From an uncultured delta proteobacterium (GTDB taxonomy: Bacteria; Desulfobacterota; Syntrophia; Syntrophales; UBA5619), in assembly GCA_963817385.1 (NCBI GenBank), contig CAWFOM010000015.1, positions 1 through 64,000 on the forward strand: a stretch of 64,000 bases of DNA, read 5' to 3'. The notes under the pieces were generated by a model, which saw only the letters and a list, made by a program, of their open reading frames with translations, had not been told where the DNA came from and did not search any database. The translations under genes were made by a program, and so were the position numbers. Position 1 is the first letter of the stretch, and each line of letters opens with the position of its first letter. Positions 29,564 to 40,361 of the stretch are shown here, piece after piece.

Positions 29564-30775
29564 TTATTTTTTCCAGGCGGCTATTTCATTAGACGTCCAG
29601 TCCTGCAACAGGATGGATTTTCCCCCCGGACCACATTTGTGAATCTGTATCGAATCGGTGCCTTGGTGGCGGTTTTTATTCCAGGTTATCTTGCCGCCCA
29701 TGCCTTTCCAGTCTTTAAAGGTGTTCAGCTTTTCAATGCAGGCCTCTGTGCTTAACTTAGGTCCCACGAGTTTGAGGGCCTCAACCAGCGGTTCTGCGAA
29801 CTGTAAGCCGGCCATATAAAAAACCCCCCATCTCTCCTCCGGGGCCAATCTTTGCGCGGCTTTTTGGTATTTGCTAACCAGCGGATCATTGGAGTCCGGA
29901 GGGGGAACAAATGCACCGGTGATCACCCCTTCCCAGAGACCGCCGGTTATTTTGTTCATAAGAGGATAATCGGAAAGCCCGCTGGAGGAAATCCATTGCG
30001 GTTTGAACCCGACGTTCGCACTTGTCTTTACGGCAATGACCCCAAGCGTTGGGCTGACCCACATAAGGACAGTCTCTACGCCGGAGCTCTTAAGCCTGAG
30101 TATCTCGGAGGCGAGATCTTTCGCGGTCGGTTCCAATGGAATCGCCTCGGTCAGTTTCATATTGTAGGTGGCAAGTCTCTGCTGACATCCCGCCAGGCCG
30201 CTTTTGCCGAAAGAATCATTCTGATACAGGAAAGCGATCTTCTTATGTCCCAGTTTTTCAACCGCATATTTAGTAATGACGCTCGCCTCGTCCTGAAAAA
30301 GCGGATACGAGTAATAGCGATAGGGATTGGCAACGGTTTCTATATCCCCGTTGGGATCGGAGTTGACCGCAGCGGACCCGGGGGTAACCCAGAGGATCTT
30401 GTTTTCCGCAAGGAATCCTTTGACTGCGTTTCCTCCCGCGCTCGAAACGCCCCCGGTGAAAGAGAATATTCCCTGGCGTTCCACCAATTCTTTCACAATG
30501 GCTGCGGTCTGGGCGGGGTTGTACTGGTCGTCCCTCGAAAAATATTTGATTTTTCTTCCGTGAATGCCGCCCTCTTCGTTGACGATCTGAAAAAGGAGAC
30601 CGGCGCCCCTGGCAACCGCTCCCCACGGCGCCGCCGGACCTGTTTGAGGGCCGAATTGCGCTATCCGGATCTCCTTGTCGTCAAAACCGGGATTTTCGGA
30701 TAAGACCTCCGTTGTAAACAAAAAAATAGATAAAGCAGCAAACAACATGGTGAATAACGTTTGTTTACTTTTCAT
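29564..30775 (-). CDS. Branched-chain-type ABC substrate-binding protein (orphan)
   Basis: Signal peptide, NEEGGIHGRKI, DDQYNP, YQNDSFG. Confidence 0.88.
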   Translation of the reverse strand: MKSKQTLFTMLFAALSIFLFTTEVLSENPGFDDKEIRIAQFGPQTGPAAPWGAVARGAGLLFQIVNEEGGIHGRKIKYFSRDDQYNPAQTAAIVKELVERQGIFSFTGGVSSAGGNAVKGFLAENKILWVTPGSAAVNSDPNGDIETVANPYRYYSYPLFQDEASVITKYAVEKLGHKKIAFLYQNDSFGKSGLAGCQQRLATYNMKLTEAIPLEPTAKDLASEILRLKSSGVETVLMWVSPTLGVIAVKTSANVGFKPQWISSSGLSDYPLMNKITGGLWEGVITGAFVPPPDSNDPLVSKYQKAAQRLAPEERWGVFYMAGLQFAEPLVEALKLVGPKLSTEACIEKLNTFKDWKGMGGKITWNKNRHQGTDSIQIHKCGPGGKSILLQDWTSNEIAAWKK

Positions 30776-30800
30776 AAAACCCTCCTCTGTTGAAAAAATT

Positions 30801-31079
30801 TTAACCGCCATGTTCCTGCATGAAATGTATGTATGGGATGTTGATTTCCCACCCCTCCGCGCCTCGATTGAACAGTGCGCTTGTATCAGGGTTGTGTTGC
30901 TGAATCAGAGATCCTCCGAGAGTAAACCGGAGAAAGAAGAAGACGCCACAGGCAACGCCGCCGGCGGCAAAGGTGATCGTCACCTTGGTGTCAGCCGTTG
31001 CTTCTGATGCTGAAAGCGGCAATAAAGCAGATTGGCTTAAAAGAATCAGGACTGTCACGGTGCAGATGCGTTTTTTCAT
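30801..31079 (-). CDS. Small hypothetical exported/membrane protein
   Basis: Signal-peptide-like N-terminus plus a hydrophobic AGGVACGVFFF segment. Confidence 0.5.
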   Translation of the reverse strand: MKKRICTVTVLILLSQSALLPLSASEATADTKVTITFAAGGVACGVFFFLRFTLGGSLIQQHNPDTSALFNRGAEGWEINIPYIHFMQEHGG

Positions 31080-31175
31080 ATCTATTGTTCCACATCATTG
31101 GGGCTTCATCGTGATGCTCGATGCCGCGAGAGAATCGCTTGACAAACAAGGCCCGTAAAAAAAGCATGAAGCCGT

Positions 31176-31748
31176 TTATCCAATGATCAGCTCAGTCAGC
31201 GAACGTTTGGGCACGTGATGGACACCCTTGGCATCTCGCCAGTATTTGATGTCTCCCTCGGGGCCGACCGGTTCGAGGACAACGGTCTCTTTGGGCTTGC
31301 CGAGCGCGATTACGAGAAGAATCTCAAAGTATTCCGGTATCGATAAGACCTGACTCAAAGCCGGCTTCCGGATATTCGCCAGGATGCACCCGCCCAGACC
31401 TTTCTCCGTAGCGCCCAGCAGGATGCTTTGTGCCGCGATGCCCTGGTCGCACCCGAACGATTGTTTCAGTCTCAGATCTCCTAAAATGACAATGTACGCA
31501 GCCGGTCGCTCACCTTCCTCAGGGCCGGGCCAGTCTTTAAGATAGTGAGCCCAGGCGAGATGCTGGAAAATGAGCTCATTCCTGTCAGGTTCGCAGGATA
31601 AGATGAACTTGAAGGGCTGTACATTGGCACCGGTTGCAGAGAGTCTGGCAAGATCAACCAAATCTCTCAAGGTTTCCCTGTTGACGTTGATGCTTTGGTG
31701 GAAACGTCGATAACTTCTATTCCTTAAAACGAGCTCTCGTACCTCCAT
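31176..31748 (-). CDS. Nitroreductase family protein
   Basis: RSYRRF, SATGANVQP, GLGGC, HHVPKR. Confidence 0.9.
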   Translation of the reverse strand: MEVRELVLRNRSYRRFHQSINVNRETLRDLVDLARLSATGANVQPFKFILSCEPDRNELIFQHLAWAHYLKDWPGPEEGERPAAYIVILGDLRLKQSFGCDQGIAAQSILLGATEKGLGGCILANIRKPALSQVLSIPEYFEILLVIALGKPKETVVLEPVGPEGDIKYWRDAKGVHHVPKRSLTELIIG

Positions 31749-31890
31749 GGGGTTCTCCTCCTGCTATTCTTCTTGAGTCAGTCCTTTAAAACCACAATTG
31801 CATTCCATTTGGTGTGGGAGGCCGGGGGAAATAAACCCGGCTATCCGATTAGGTGGCATGGTGTCGGCCGTCAACTCTACCGTAAGGGCC

Positions 31891-32412
31891 TTATAGCGAC
31901 CCGTCAAGAACCTCTGCGACCTCCTCTTTGCATGCCCGGCAGCGCTTTGCCCCTCTGAAGAGCGGTTTTCCGCAGGCAGGACAGTGATAGCGCTCCAATT
32001 CCGCTCGGGCCCATTCTACACTGCCTTTCTCATCACCGAGCTCGGCTACCTTGGCACGCCACACGGGGATCGTCCTTTTCATTACCCGTATACCCGTGGC
32101 CAGGCCGAAGTTTTCTGTGATACTGCAAGGCCATTGGCCGCATTGATGGCAGGAGTAATAGCCTTTCTCTCGGACACAATGCCTGATCTTGCACATCGTG
32201 CAATAGCCATAGAGCTTCTTCGGTGGTTCGGATTGCATACAGCCATAGCATTCCGTGTCTTCCGCCTTTGTCCCGTACAGGTTGCCCATGACCTCTTTAA
32301 ATTTTTCGTTCTTGTCCCTCGTTGCAATGTAGACCCCGCAGGCACCGCAATACAGGCCGCATGGCGCCATCAGATTCTTATCCTTCATTTCCTCTTCCGT
32401 CCAACCTTCCAT
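31891..32412 (-). CDS. DUF3795 domain Cys-rich protein
   Basis: APCGLYCGAC, CYGC, CKIRHC, CHQC...PC, C-terminal zinc ribbon. Confidence 0.85.
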   Translation of the reverse strand: MEGWTEEEMKDKNLMAPCGLYCGACGVYIATRDKNEKFKEVMGNLYGTKAEDTECYGCMQSEPPKKLYGYCTMCKIRHCVREKGYYSCHQCGQWPCSITENFGLATGIRVMKRTIPVWRAKVAELGDEKGSVEWARAELERYHCPACGKPLFRGAKRCRACKEEVAEVLDGSL

Positions 32413-32519
32413 CAGCGTCGTACCCCCTTCCTGAGATTGAAAAAAGGTAATAGTTGCATGTTAGCATCCGAGAGACTGGTAATCATTCAGTCTACCGAAT
32501 GAACCGGAATTTATCTCCG

Positions 32520-33959
32520 TCACGCCCGCGGCGCGGTGGGTGCGGCATCCGTATATCCCCGTTTCGGGAAGGCCGCGGTAAAGACGCTTCCCGCGCCCGG
32601 AGAGCTTGTCACGGCGATCTCTCCGCCGTGGGCCCGGACGATGGCCCTGGCGAGGCTGAGCCCCAGACCGATGCCGGCATGGGAGCGGCTCTGATCGCAG
32701 CGGTAGAACCGCTCGAAAATGTGGGGGAGATCATCGGCGGAGATGCCGATCCCCGTGTCCTGAACCGATATTATCGCCTGGGTCCGCGTTTCCGAAACCG
32801 TGACGCTCACCGTTCCGCCGGATGCCGTGTACTTGAGGGCGTTGTCCAGGAGGTTCGCGATCAGCCGCCGGATCATCGGGGCGTCTCCCAAGATGTCGCA
32901 TCGTTCGGGGAGCGTGCAGCTCAGGGTCAATCCCCGGTCTTCAGCCGTCGTTCCGAAGAGCTCGCAGGCCTCCCGGGCCAGGAGCGCCAGGTCGATCCGG
33001 TCGCGGGCGGGCATCTCCACGCCGGCCTCCGTTTTGGAGATCATCAGCATGGTGTTGATCATGTCCAGGAGGCGGTCGCACTCCTCGATGGCGCTGGCCG
33101 CCATCTCCTCATATTCGGTCAGGGATTTTCCCGTGGTCAGGGTGACCTCCGCGATACCCCGGATCCGGGTAATCGGGCTCTTCAGGTCATGGGCGACGTT
33201 GTCGCTCATCTCCCTGATCTCGGTTACCAGGGCCTGGATGCGGTCCAGCATCTGGTTGAAGGTCATCGCGAGCTGATCGATCTCGTCGCCGCGGGTCTTG
33301 ACGGGGACCCGTTTCTCCAGGCTTCCCCCCGAGATCCCCTGTGCCGTCCGGGTGATCGTCTCGACGCCGGAAACGGCGCGGCGGGCCATGAACCAGCCGA
33401 CTCCTGTCGCCAAGCTGAGCAAGAGTGCCATCGTTAGCAGGAAGATCCCCCGGAAGGCGCCGATGATCTGTGCCGAGTCTTCCATCGACCGGCCTACCTG
33501 CAGGATGAAGCCGGGACCGATGATGGCGTAGAGGAGACGCACCTGGTCCTCGCGATTGCGCAGGATAACCGTCTCGAATACCCTGCTGCTGCCTCCCAAG
33601 AGCTGTTTGATGGCCTCTTTCCGGATGGGGATCTCTTCCCAGGCCGACATGCTGGAGGAGGAAAAGGCTTCCCCGCTCGGGTAGAGGAGACGGAAGAACA
33701 CCTTCCTCACTCCCGCGGCCTGGGCTTCGAGAACGGCGAACGACTCGACGGCCCGTATCCCCCGTTCGCGAAGGACCACGGAAAATTGTTTCGCCTGGTC
33801 CAGCAGTTCCTGGTCCGTTCGTTCCCGGATTACAGTGGTGATGAACAGGTAAAAAAAGAGGAAGGCAACGAAGGCGGAGACCGCGAAGATCCCCGTATAC
33901 CAGAGGGTAAGGCGGAAGGTCAGGCTATTCCAGAAGCGACGGGGTTTCCCTGAGGACAT
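32520..33959 (-). CDS. HAMP sensor histidine kinase (CusS/CzcS-like)
   Basis: Two TM segments, HAMP, AHDLKSP, NLLDNALKY, DTGIG, GLGL. Confidence 0.93.
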   Translation of the reverse strand: MSSGKPRRFWNSLTFRLTLWYTGIFAVSAFVAFLFFYLFITTVIRERTDQELLDQAKQFSVVLRERGIRAVESFAVLEAQAAGVRKVFFRLLYPSGEAFSSSSMSAWEEIPIRKEAIKQLLGGSSRVFETVILRNREDQVRLLYAIIGPGFILQVGRSMEDSAQIIGAFRGIFLLTMALLLSLATGVGWFMARRAVSGVETITRTAQGISGGSLEKRVPVKTRGDEIDQLAMTFNQMLDRIQALVTEIREMSDNVAHDLKSPITRIRGIAEVTLTTGKSLTEYEEMAASAIEECDRLLDMINTMLMISKTEAGVEMPARDRIDLALLAREACELFGTTAEDRGLTLSCTLPERCDILGDAPMIRRLIANLLDNALKYTASGGTVSVTVSETRTQAIISVQDTGIGISADDLPHIFERFYRCDQSRSHAGIGLGLSLARAIVRAHGGEIAVTSSPGAGSVFTAAFPKRGYTDAAPTAPRA

Positions 33960-34614
33960 ATCCCACTCCGCGGATGGTGTGGATCAACTTGGTATCGAAT
34001 CCCCGGTCGATTTTATCCCTGAGCCTGCTGATCCTGGCCTCGACCACGTTGGTTTGAGGATCGAAATTGTAGTCCCACACATGTTCCATGATCATCGTCT
34101 TGGAGACGATCCTTCCTGTGTTCCTGAGGAGATATTCGAGGAGCGAGAACTCCAGGGGCTGCAGCGCGATCCTCCTTCCCCCGCGGGTCACCTCCCGGGT
34201 GAGGAGGTTGACCGAGAGGTCTCCCGAGGCCAGCCGCGTCGGGGAGGAAGCGCCGCTTGCCCGCCGGATCAGGGCCTGCACCCGCGCGAGAAGCTCGGAG
34301 AAGGCGAAGGGTTTCGTAAGATAATCGTCTCCCCCGGTCTGCAAGCCCCGGACCCGCTCATCTACCGAGCCTTTGGCGCTCAGGATCAGGACGGGGGTAT
34401 TGACCTTTTCCGCGCGCATTCGTTCGATGAGCGACAATCCGTCCCGCCGGGGCAGCATGATGTCGATCACGGCCGTATCATACGGCCGGCTCAGAGCCAG
34501 CTGAAGGCCCTCCTCCCCGTCCGGGGCATGGTCCACGGCATAACCTGCCGACCTCAGTCCCTTGACGATGAACGAGGCGATCTTGATGTCATCCTCGACC
34601 AGTAAAATCAGCAT
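33925..34614 (-). CDS. OmpR-family response regulator (CusR/CzcR-like)
   Basis: VEDD, DIMLP, DDYLTKPF, TNVVE, TIRGVGY. Confidence 0.93.
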   Translation of the reverse strand: MLILLVEDDIKIASFIVKGLRSAGYAVDHAPDGEEGLQLALSRPYDTAVIDIMLPRRDGLSLIERMRAEKVNTPVLILSAKGSVDERVRGLQTGGDDYLTKPFAFSELLARVQALIRRASGASSPTRLASGDLSVNLLTREVTRGGRRIALQPLEFSLLEYLLRNTGRIVSKTMIMEHVWDYNFDPQTNVVEARISRLRDKIDRGFDTKLIHTIRGVGYVLRETPSLLE

Positions 34615-34623
34615 CGGACACCC

Positions 34624-35622
34624 TCAACATTTCATACAGCTCACGTAGTGGTCGGGGCTGATCTCCCGCAATTCGGGTATTTCCCGGCTGCATTCCGCGA
34701 CAGCAACGTTGCACCGGGGGTGAAAAACGCATCCGGGCGGCGGATTGAGCGGACTCGGGACCTCGCCCTTCAGGATAATCGGGGCCCGTTTGGCCTCGAC
34801 GAGGGGGTCGGGTATGGGGACCGCGGACAACAGCGCCTTGGTATAGGGGTGGAGCGGATATTCATACAATTCCTGCCGCCCGGTAATCTCTACAATTTTC
34901 CCCAGGTACATGACAGCGACCCGATGACTGATGTGCCGGACAACCGACAGGTCGTGGGCAATGAACAGGTAGCTCAGGCCGAACTTCTCCTGCAGCTCTT
35001 CCAAAAGGTTGATAATCTGGGCCTGAATGGAGACGTCCAGGGCGGAGACCGGTTCATCGCAGATGATCAGTTTCGCCTCCATGGAGAGAGCGCGGGCGAT
35101 CCCCACTCGTTGCCGCTGCCCCCCGCTCAATTCATGAGGATACCGGGGAGCCATCGACGGGTTGAGTCCGACGGTGGAAAGCAGGCTTGCCACGCGCTCC
35201 TTTTTCTCCCGATTGTTTTTCACCAGCTTGAATACCCGGGGGGCTTCTCCAACGAGCTGTTCAATGGTCAACCGCGGGTTCAGGGAGCTGAACGGGTCCT
35301 GAAAAATGACCTGGATATTCTGGCGGATGGCCCGCATCTCGGATTCGCTTATCCGGCAGAGGTTCCTGCCCTGAAAAATGACTTCTCCCGAGGTAGGGAT
35401 TTCCAGATGCAGGATGCATCGGCCGGCAGTCGTCTTCCCGCAGCCGGATTCCCCGACCAGCCCCAGGGTTTCTCGTTCCCGGATAAAGAAGCTGATATCG
35501 TCGACCGCCTTGATCACCCCTGTCTGGCGCTGCAGCAGTCCCGAGGTGACAGGGAAGTGTTTCCTCAGGTTGCGAACGTGCAGGATGACAGCCTCCGGAT
35601 GTTTCTCCTTGGCGGGAAGCAT
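34624..35622 (-). CDS. dppF: Peptide/nickel ABC transporter ATP-binding protein (DppF/OppF)
   Basis: GESGCGKT, LSGGQRQR, DEPVSALD, HPYT. Confidence 0.9.
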   Translation of the reverse strand: MLPAKEKHPEAVILHVRNLRKHFPVTSGLLQRQTGVIKAVDDISFFIRERETLGLVGESGCGKTTAGRCILHLEIPTSGEVIFQGRNLCRISESEMRAIRQNIQVIFQDPFSSLNPRLTIEQLVGEAPRVFKLVKNNREKKERVASLLSTVGLNPSMAPRYPHELSGGQRQRVGIARALSMEAKLIICDEPVSALDVSIQAQIINLLEELQEKFGLSYLFIAHDLSVVRHISHRVAVMYLGKIVEITGRQELYEYPLHPYTKALLSAVPIPDPLVEAKRAPIILKGEVPSPLNPPPGCVFHPRCNVAVAECSREIPELREISPDHYVSCMKC

Positions 35623-35667
35623 CTCTCCTTCGAACTGCGGTTTGGTGATGGAAGCGGCCCCCATGCG

Positions 35668-36660
35668 CTATCTCCTTCGTCTGTCGGCAAGGTCGGGACT
35701 CTCCGCTTGCCAGCACGCACACCAATGCCCTTCCCCGCAATCAATGAGGGGAGGGCTCTTAGCACCGCATCGTTCATCCGCAAATCTACACCGGGGCTGG
35801 AAGCTGCAACCGGAAGGGAGATGGATGAGGTCGGGCGGTTGCCCGGAGATCGGTTCCAGTTTCATGGCGCGCGGCTCGTCCAATCGCGGCACCGAACGGA
35901 GAAGCCCGAGGGTGTACGGATGCCGGGGGCAATGGTAGATTTCTTGGGATTTGCCGCTTTCGATGATCTTACCGGCATACATGACGTTGACCCGGTCGGC
36001 GTACCGGGCAACCACTCCCAAATTGTGCGTGATGATGACCATGGCGACTCCCAGCCGCCGGGAGAGTTCTTTCATCAGCTCCAGCACCTGGGCCTGGATG
36101 GTCACATCCAGGGCGGTGGTCGGCTCATCGGCCAGGATCAGCTTGGGATCGCAGATCAGGGCCATGGCGATCATGACTCGCTGGCGCATCCCTCCGCTGA
36201 ACTGATGCGGATATTGCGATAATCTTCGCTCGGGATCGGGAATGCCGACGAGTTTCAACATCTCCGCCGCTCGCGTTGTACTTGCCTCCCGGCTTACATG
36301 CAAATGGGCCTCCAGGGTTTCGGTCAACTGCCGGCCGATCGTCAAAACGGGGTTGAGACTGGTCATGGGTTCCTGAAACACCATGGCGATCTCCTTCCCG
36401 CGCACCTTTCTCATTTCATCATCATTCAGGCCGGAAAGATCCATCCCGTTGAAGGTAATCGTGCCGCCCACAATCCGGCCGGGGGGAGAGGGAATGAGGC
36501 GCATAATGGACAAGGCGCTGACGGACTTGCCGCACCCGCTCTCCCCGACCAGGGCCATGGTCTCGCCCTCCCGGACGTCGTAGGAAATCCCGTCCACGGC
36601 CTTGACGACCCCCTCAGGCGTAAAGAAGTGCGTCCTGAGGTCTTTCACATCCAGTATCAT
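35668..36660 (-). CDS. dppD: Peptide/nickel ABC transporter ATP-binding protein (DppD/OppD)
   Basis: GESGCGKS, FSGGMRQR, DEPTTALD. Confidence 0.9.
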   Translation of the reverse strand: MILDVKDLRTHFFTPEGVVKAVDGISYDVREGETMALVGESGCGKSVSALSIMRLIPSPPGRIVGGTITFNGMDLSGLNDDEMRKVRGKEIAMVFQEPMTSLNPVLTIGRQLTETLEAHLHVSREASTTRAAEMLKLVGIPDPERRLSQYPHQFSGGMRQRVMIAMALICDPKLILADEPTTALDVTIQAQVLELMKELSRRLGVAMVIITHNLGVVARYADRVNVMYAGKIIESGKSQEIYHCPRHPYTLGLLRSVPRLDEPRAMKLEPISGQPPDLIHLPSGCSFQPRCRFADERCGAKSPPLIDCGEGHWCACWQAESPDLADRRRR

Positions 36661-36723
36661 ATCCGCCTGTCCTTGCTCTCGTTCAATACACGGCCGTATA
36701 CCGGGATTCCCGGATGTGGATTA

Positions 36724-37629
36724 CTACTTGCGCAACTTGGGATCAAGTTCATCCCGGAGAGAGTCTCCGAATATGTTGAAACCGAAGACACCGGCGCTAA
36801 TGGCCAGACCGGGGAAAATCGCCATCCAGGGGGCGCGCTCGGCATACTCCACCGCTGCACCCTTGAGCATGAGTCCCCACGCGGGAGTGGGCTCGGCCAC
36901 GCCCATACCCAGGAAGCTCAACGACGCCTCCACGAGGATGGCCTGTCCCAGGAATGCGGTGAGGAGGATCAGATACGGAGCGGCAACATTGGGAAGCATG
37001 TGCCTGAAGATGATGCGGGCGTGACTGAAACCGGCCGCCCGTGCAGCATCGATATACGGCATCTCCCGGATGGACAGGGCGCTGGATCGGATGACTTGTG
37101 CGCAGCGGGGTACCATGGGAATGGCGATTGCCAGGATTACATTGCCCGTACCGGACCCTAATACCGAAACCACCGCCAGGGCGAGGACGATTAAGGGAAG
37201 GGCGAGAAAAATTTCCACAAACCGCTGCACGATGAGATCCACCTTACCCCCGAAATAGGCGCAGCCGACGCCGATGATGGCCCCCAGGGTGGCCCCGAAA
37301 AAGGAGGTGGAGAAACCGACGAGTAACGCCGTCCGGGAACCGTAAATGATCCGGGAGAGGATATCTCTGCCGTAGGAGTCCGTTCCCAACCAATGATCAT
37401 GGCTTGGGGGAAGCAGCATGGCGCGATAATCCGCGATCACCGGGTCATACGGGGAGAGGAGGTTCGCGAGGACGGCCGTCAGGATCATGACCAACACGAT
37501 CGAGCCCCCGACGGCTCCCAGGGGACGCTGCCGGGAAAAACGGATCACGCCCTGCACCAGCCGAGACAAAACCGTCGGGGGGGCCGGCGAATCATCTGCA
37601 GAACCAAGCACGCGGGTATTCTCGTCCAT
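36724..37629 (-). CDS. dppC: Peptide ABC permease (DppC)
   Basis: HWLGTDSYGRD, ASLSFLG, GDSLRD.LDP. Confidence 0.9.
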   Translation of the reverse strand: MDENTRVLGSADDSPAPPTVLSRLVQGVIRFSRQRPLGAVGGSIVLVMILTAVLANLLSPYDPVIADYRAMLLPPSHDHWLGTDSYGRDILSRIIYGSRTALLVGFSTSFFGATLGAIIGVGCAYFGGKVDLIVQRFVEIFLALPLIVLALAVVSVLGSGTGNVILAIAIPMVPRCAQVIRSSALSIREMPYIDAARAAGFSHARIIFRHMLPNVAAPYLILLTAFLGQAILVEASLSFLGMGVAEPTPAWGLMLKGAAVEYAERAPWMAIFPGLAISAGVFGFNIFGDSLRDELDPKLRK

Positions 37630-37641
37630 CGCCTTCCTCCC

Positions 37642-38598
37642 TTACTTGAAGCGCACCCTGGGGTCGAGCCAGGCGAACAGGATATCCAGGATGAAGTTCA
37701 TCGCAATGAAGAAGAACGCTACCAAAAGGACCAGGCTCTGCGTCATCATGTAATCCCGCCGGTCGATACTTTGTACAAGCAGGAGTCCGAGTCCGTTGAG
37801 GTTAAACACTTGTTCCGTTACCACGAGCCCGCCCATGAGGAAGGCTAACTCCAGGCCGATGACGCTCATGACCGGGAGCAGGGCGTTTTTCAGCGCGTGT
37901 CTGATGAGAATGACTTTTTCAAAAAGACCCTTGGCCCGGGCCGTCCGGATGTAATCTTCCCGGAGAACATCGAGCATCGTGGAGCGCGTCATGCGCATGA
38001 TCATGGCGGAATAGCGGTACCCCACCGCCAATGCCGGCCAGATGAGTTGGGCTAAATTCGCCCCGGGATCCTTCCAGAACGAGGTGAATTCCATGGGGGG
38101 GAGCCAGTTGAAGAAGATGAGGAGCACCAGGATAATCACGATCCCCAGCCAAAAAGACGGCATGGCGAGGCCGGCGATGGAGAAGATCCGCAGGGCATAA
38201 TCCACCCAGGTATCCTGCCGGAGGGCCGAAAGCATCCCCAGAGGAATGCCGAGCATGACCGCCAGGACCATCGCCATAACCGAAAGTTCGAGACTCAGCT
38301 CGAATCGGATGGCGATCTCATGGGCAATGGGCCGGCCCGTCCACATCGAGACGCCGAAATCTCCCCGGATCAACCCCCCTATCCAGCTCCCGAACTGTAC
38401 CCACAGGGGCTTATCCAATCCCAGAAGCTGGCGCTCCTTCTGGAGGGTTTCCTGGGAAATCATCGCCCCTTGCCCGACATACTTCAACTCCACAATGTCG
38501 CCCGGGACGATCCGCATCAGGAAGAAGATGACCATCGCCACCCCCAGCAAGGTAGGGATCATCAACAGTATCCGCCGTACGATGTACTGGCTCAGCAC
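37642..38598 (-). CDS. dppB: Peptide ABC permease (DppB)
   Basis: PGD, GDFG.S, DYIRTARAKG, HALKNA, LDPR. Confidence 0.9.
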   Translation of the reverse strand: MLSQYIVRRILLMIPTLLGVAMVIFFLMRIVPGDIVELKYVGQGAMISQETLQKERQLLGLDKPLWVQFGSWIGGLIRGDFGVSMWTGRPIAHEIAIRFELSLELSVMAMVLAVMLGIPLGMLSALRQDTWVDYALRIFSIAGLAMPSFWLGIVIILVLLIFFNWLPPMEFTSFWKDPGANLAQLIWPALAVGYRYSAMIMRMTRSTMLDVLREDYIRTARAKGLFEKVILIRHALKNALLPVMSVIGLELAFLMGGLVVTEQVFNLNGLGLLLVQSIDRRDYMMTQSLVLLVAFFFIAMNFILDILFAWLDPRVRFK

Positions 38599-38608
38599 CG
38601 CTCGGCCT

Positions 38609-40234
38609 TCATTCCTTGCTTAACCATACATCGGTCAAATCCTGGTTCAGGAAGTGGCTGGGCAACGCCTTCCAGCCCTTCATTTTGGATGAATGGGGGA
38701 CGATTCGCTGCGCCCACGGGAGTGGAAATCCATAGGCCATTTCATCCATGGCCCGCTTCTGGAATTGCGTGCACAATTTTTTCCGTTCCTGGGGATCGAG
38801 GGCCTGGCTCTGCTTCAGATAGAGGTCGTCCAGGACCCGATCGGTGTAGCGCATATAGTTGTTCTGGGTCTTGTCGGTTGAAATGAACCTGCCGAAATGG
38901 AGGTCCGGGTCGTCCATGAAATCGGAAATGGAATCGATCGCCATCTGATAGTTTCCCGACCGGACATCGGCATTATGCGGTCCCAGTTCTTGAAGCTTCT
39001 GCTTGACATTAAGCCCGATCTGCCGCCACTGGTCGATTAGCCAGATAGCCGCCGTTTCGTAGTCCTTGGCAGGGGGACGGTTGTCAAGGACGAAGCTGAA
39101 TCCTTCAGGAACGCCTGCCTCGCGGAGTAAGCGGCGCGCTTCTTTCCGGGACCCCTCGATGTCTTTTGAAAAACCGGCCACCTGGGTGAGTTCCGCCTCG
39201 CTCATCGCCAATTCGGACCCGGGCCTGAGGAGCCCTCCGACCTCTTGCATATTGGAAATCTTCGAGAGGACGCGGGATCCCTCCCACCGGTCCAGGGCCA
39301 GGGTCAACGCCCGGCGAAACCGCGGGTCATCGAACGGTTTCTTATTGACGTTGCATATCGCGGTCAAGGTAACGACCATCGGACTTTCCTGGACCCGAAC
39401 CTTGTCCCCCATCGCGCGAACCAAATCGTCGCGGTGGTTCGGGCCGAAATACCGGAACTCGGCATGGATCCGGCCGCTGCGCACCGCCGCCACCCGCGCC
39501 CCGGTATCCTGAATGAACACAGCCCGGTAGCCGTCAAGGTACGGGCGCCCCTTGATGAAATAATCCTCATTGCGTTTTCCCACCCAGTGCGATCCGGGAA
39601 CGTACTCCACGAACTTGAACGGACCCGTGCCCATGATGTTCTTTTCATACCAGCGGATGTCTTTCGCCAGGATATCCGCCTTATAGATGTAGTTGAAAGG
39701 CGATGCCAGGCTGGCGAGGAAAGAGGCGGTGGGCCACTTGAGGCGGAAGATCACGGTGGCGTCATCGGGCGCTTCCACTTTTTCCACAACCGCATACAGA
39801 GACTTGCGCAAACTGATCACTCCGGTGGGCGGAAAGATGATCTTGTCGTAGCTTGCCTTGACGTCCCGTGCGGCGAGGATGGTTCCGTCATGGAATTTGA
39901 CTCCCCGGCGAATTTTGAAGGTGAAGGTTTTCTTGTCTCCCGAGACGGTCCAGCTCTCGGCGAGGTCCCCGACAATCTTGGGATAGGTATCCTGATCGAA
40001 TTTTACCAGCAGGCTGTAGTGGGGAGAAACGGGATGAATCACCGCAAAAGTGGATTCCCGGTGAGGATCGTACGAGGGGGGTTCGGCCCCGACGGCAAAG
40101 TTTAAAATCCCGCCATATTGGGGTTTTTCCTGTGCGGCGGCAGGACCGGCTCCGAAACACAAGATGCCCCCGAACAGAATGATTGCCCCTATGACCCAAC
40201 ATTTATCAATGTCCATCTTCCGGTGCTTTTTCAT
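38609..40234 (-). CDS. Peptide ABC substrate-binding protein (family 5)
   Basis: LAESW, VKFHDG, GTGPFK, PFDDPR.RRA. Confidence 0.9.
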   Translation of the reverse strand: MKKHRKMDIDKCWVIGAIILFGGILCFGAGPAAAQEKPQYGGILNFAVGAEPPSYDPHRESTFAVIHPVSPHYSLLVKFDQDTYPKIVGDLAESWTVSGDKKTFTFKIRRGVKFHDGTILAARDVKASYDKIIFPPTGVISLRKSLYAVVEKVEAPDDATVIFRLKWPTASFLASLASPFNYIYKADILAKDIRWYEKNIMGTGPFKFVEYVPGSHWVGKRNEDYFIKGRPYLDGYRAVFIQDTGARVAAVRSGRIHAEFRYFGPNHRDDLVRAMGDKVRVQESPMVVTLTAICNVNKKPFDDPRFRRALTLALDRWEGSRVLSKISNMQEVGGLLRPGSELAMSEAELTQVAGFSKDIEGSRKEARRLLREAGVPEGFSFVLDNRPPAKDYETAAIWLIDQWRQIGLNVKQKLQELGPHNADVRSGNYQMAIDSISDFMDDPDLHFGRFISTDKTQNNYMRYTDRVLDDLYLKQSQALDPQERKKLCTQFQKRAMDEMAYGFPLPWAQRIVPHSSKMKGWKALPSHFLNQDLTDVWLSKE

Positions 40235-40361
40235 GAGGGATTAATCTCCTTTCCTGGTGGTCGGTTACGAAGCGGTAGGTCAACTTCCCCACTCCCTCGG
40301 CAAGAACCCGCCGGTCGTGGATCGACCATGCGGAGAAAAACCAAGCCCGATTCAGACGTAT

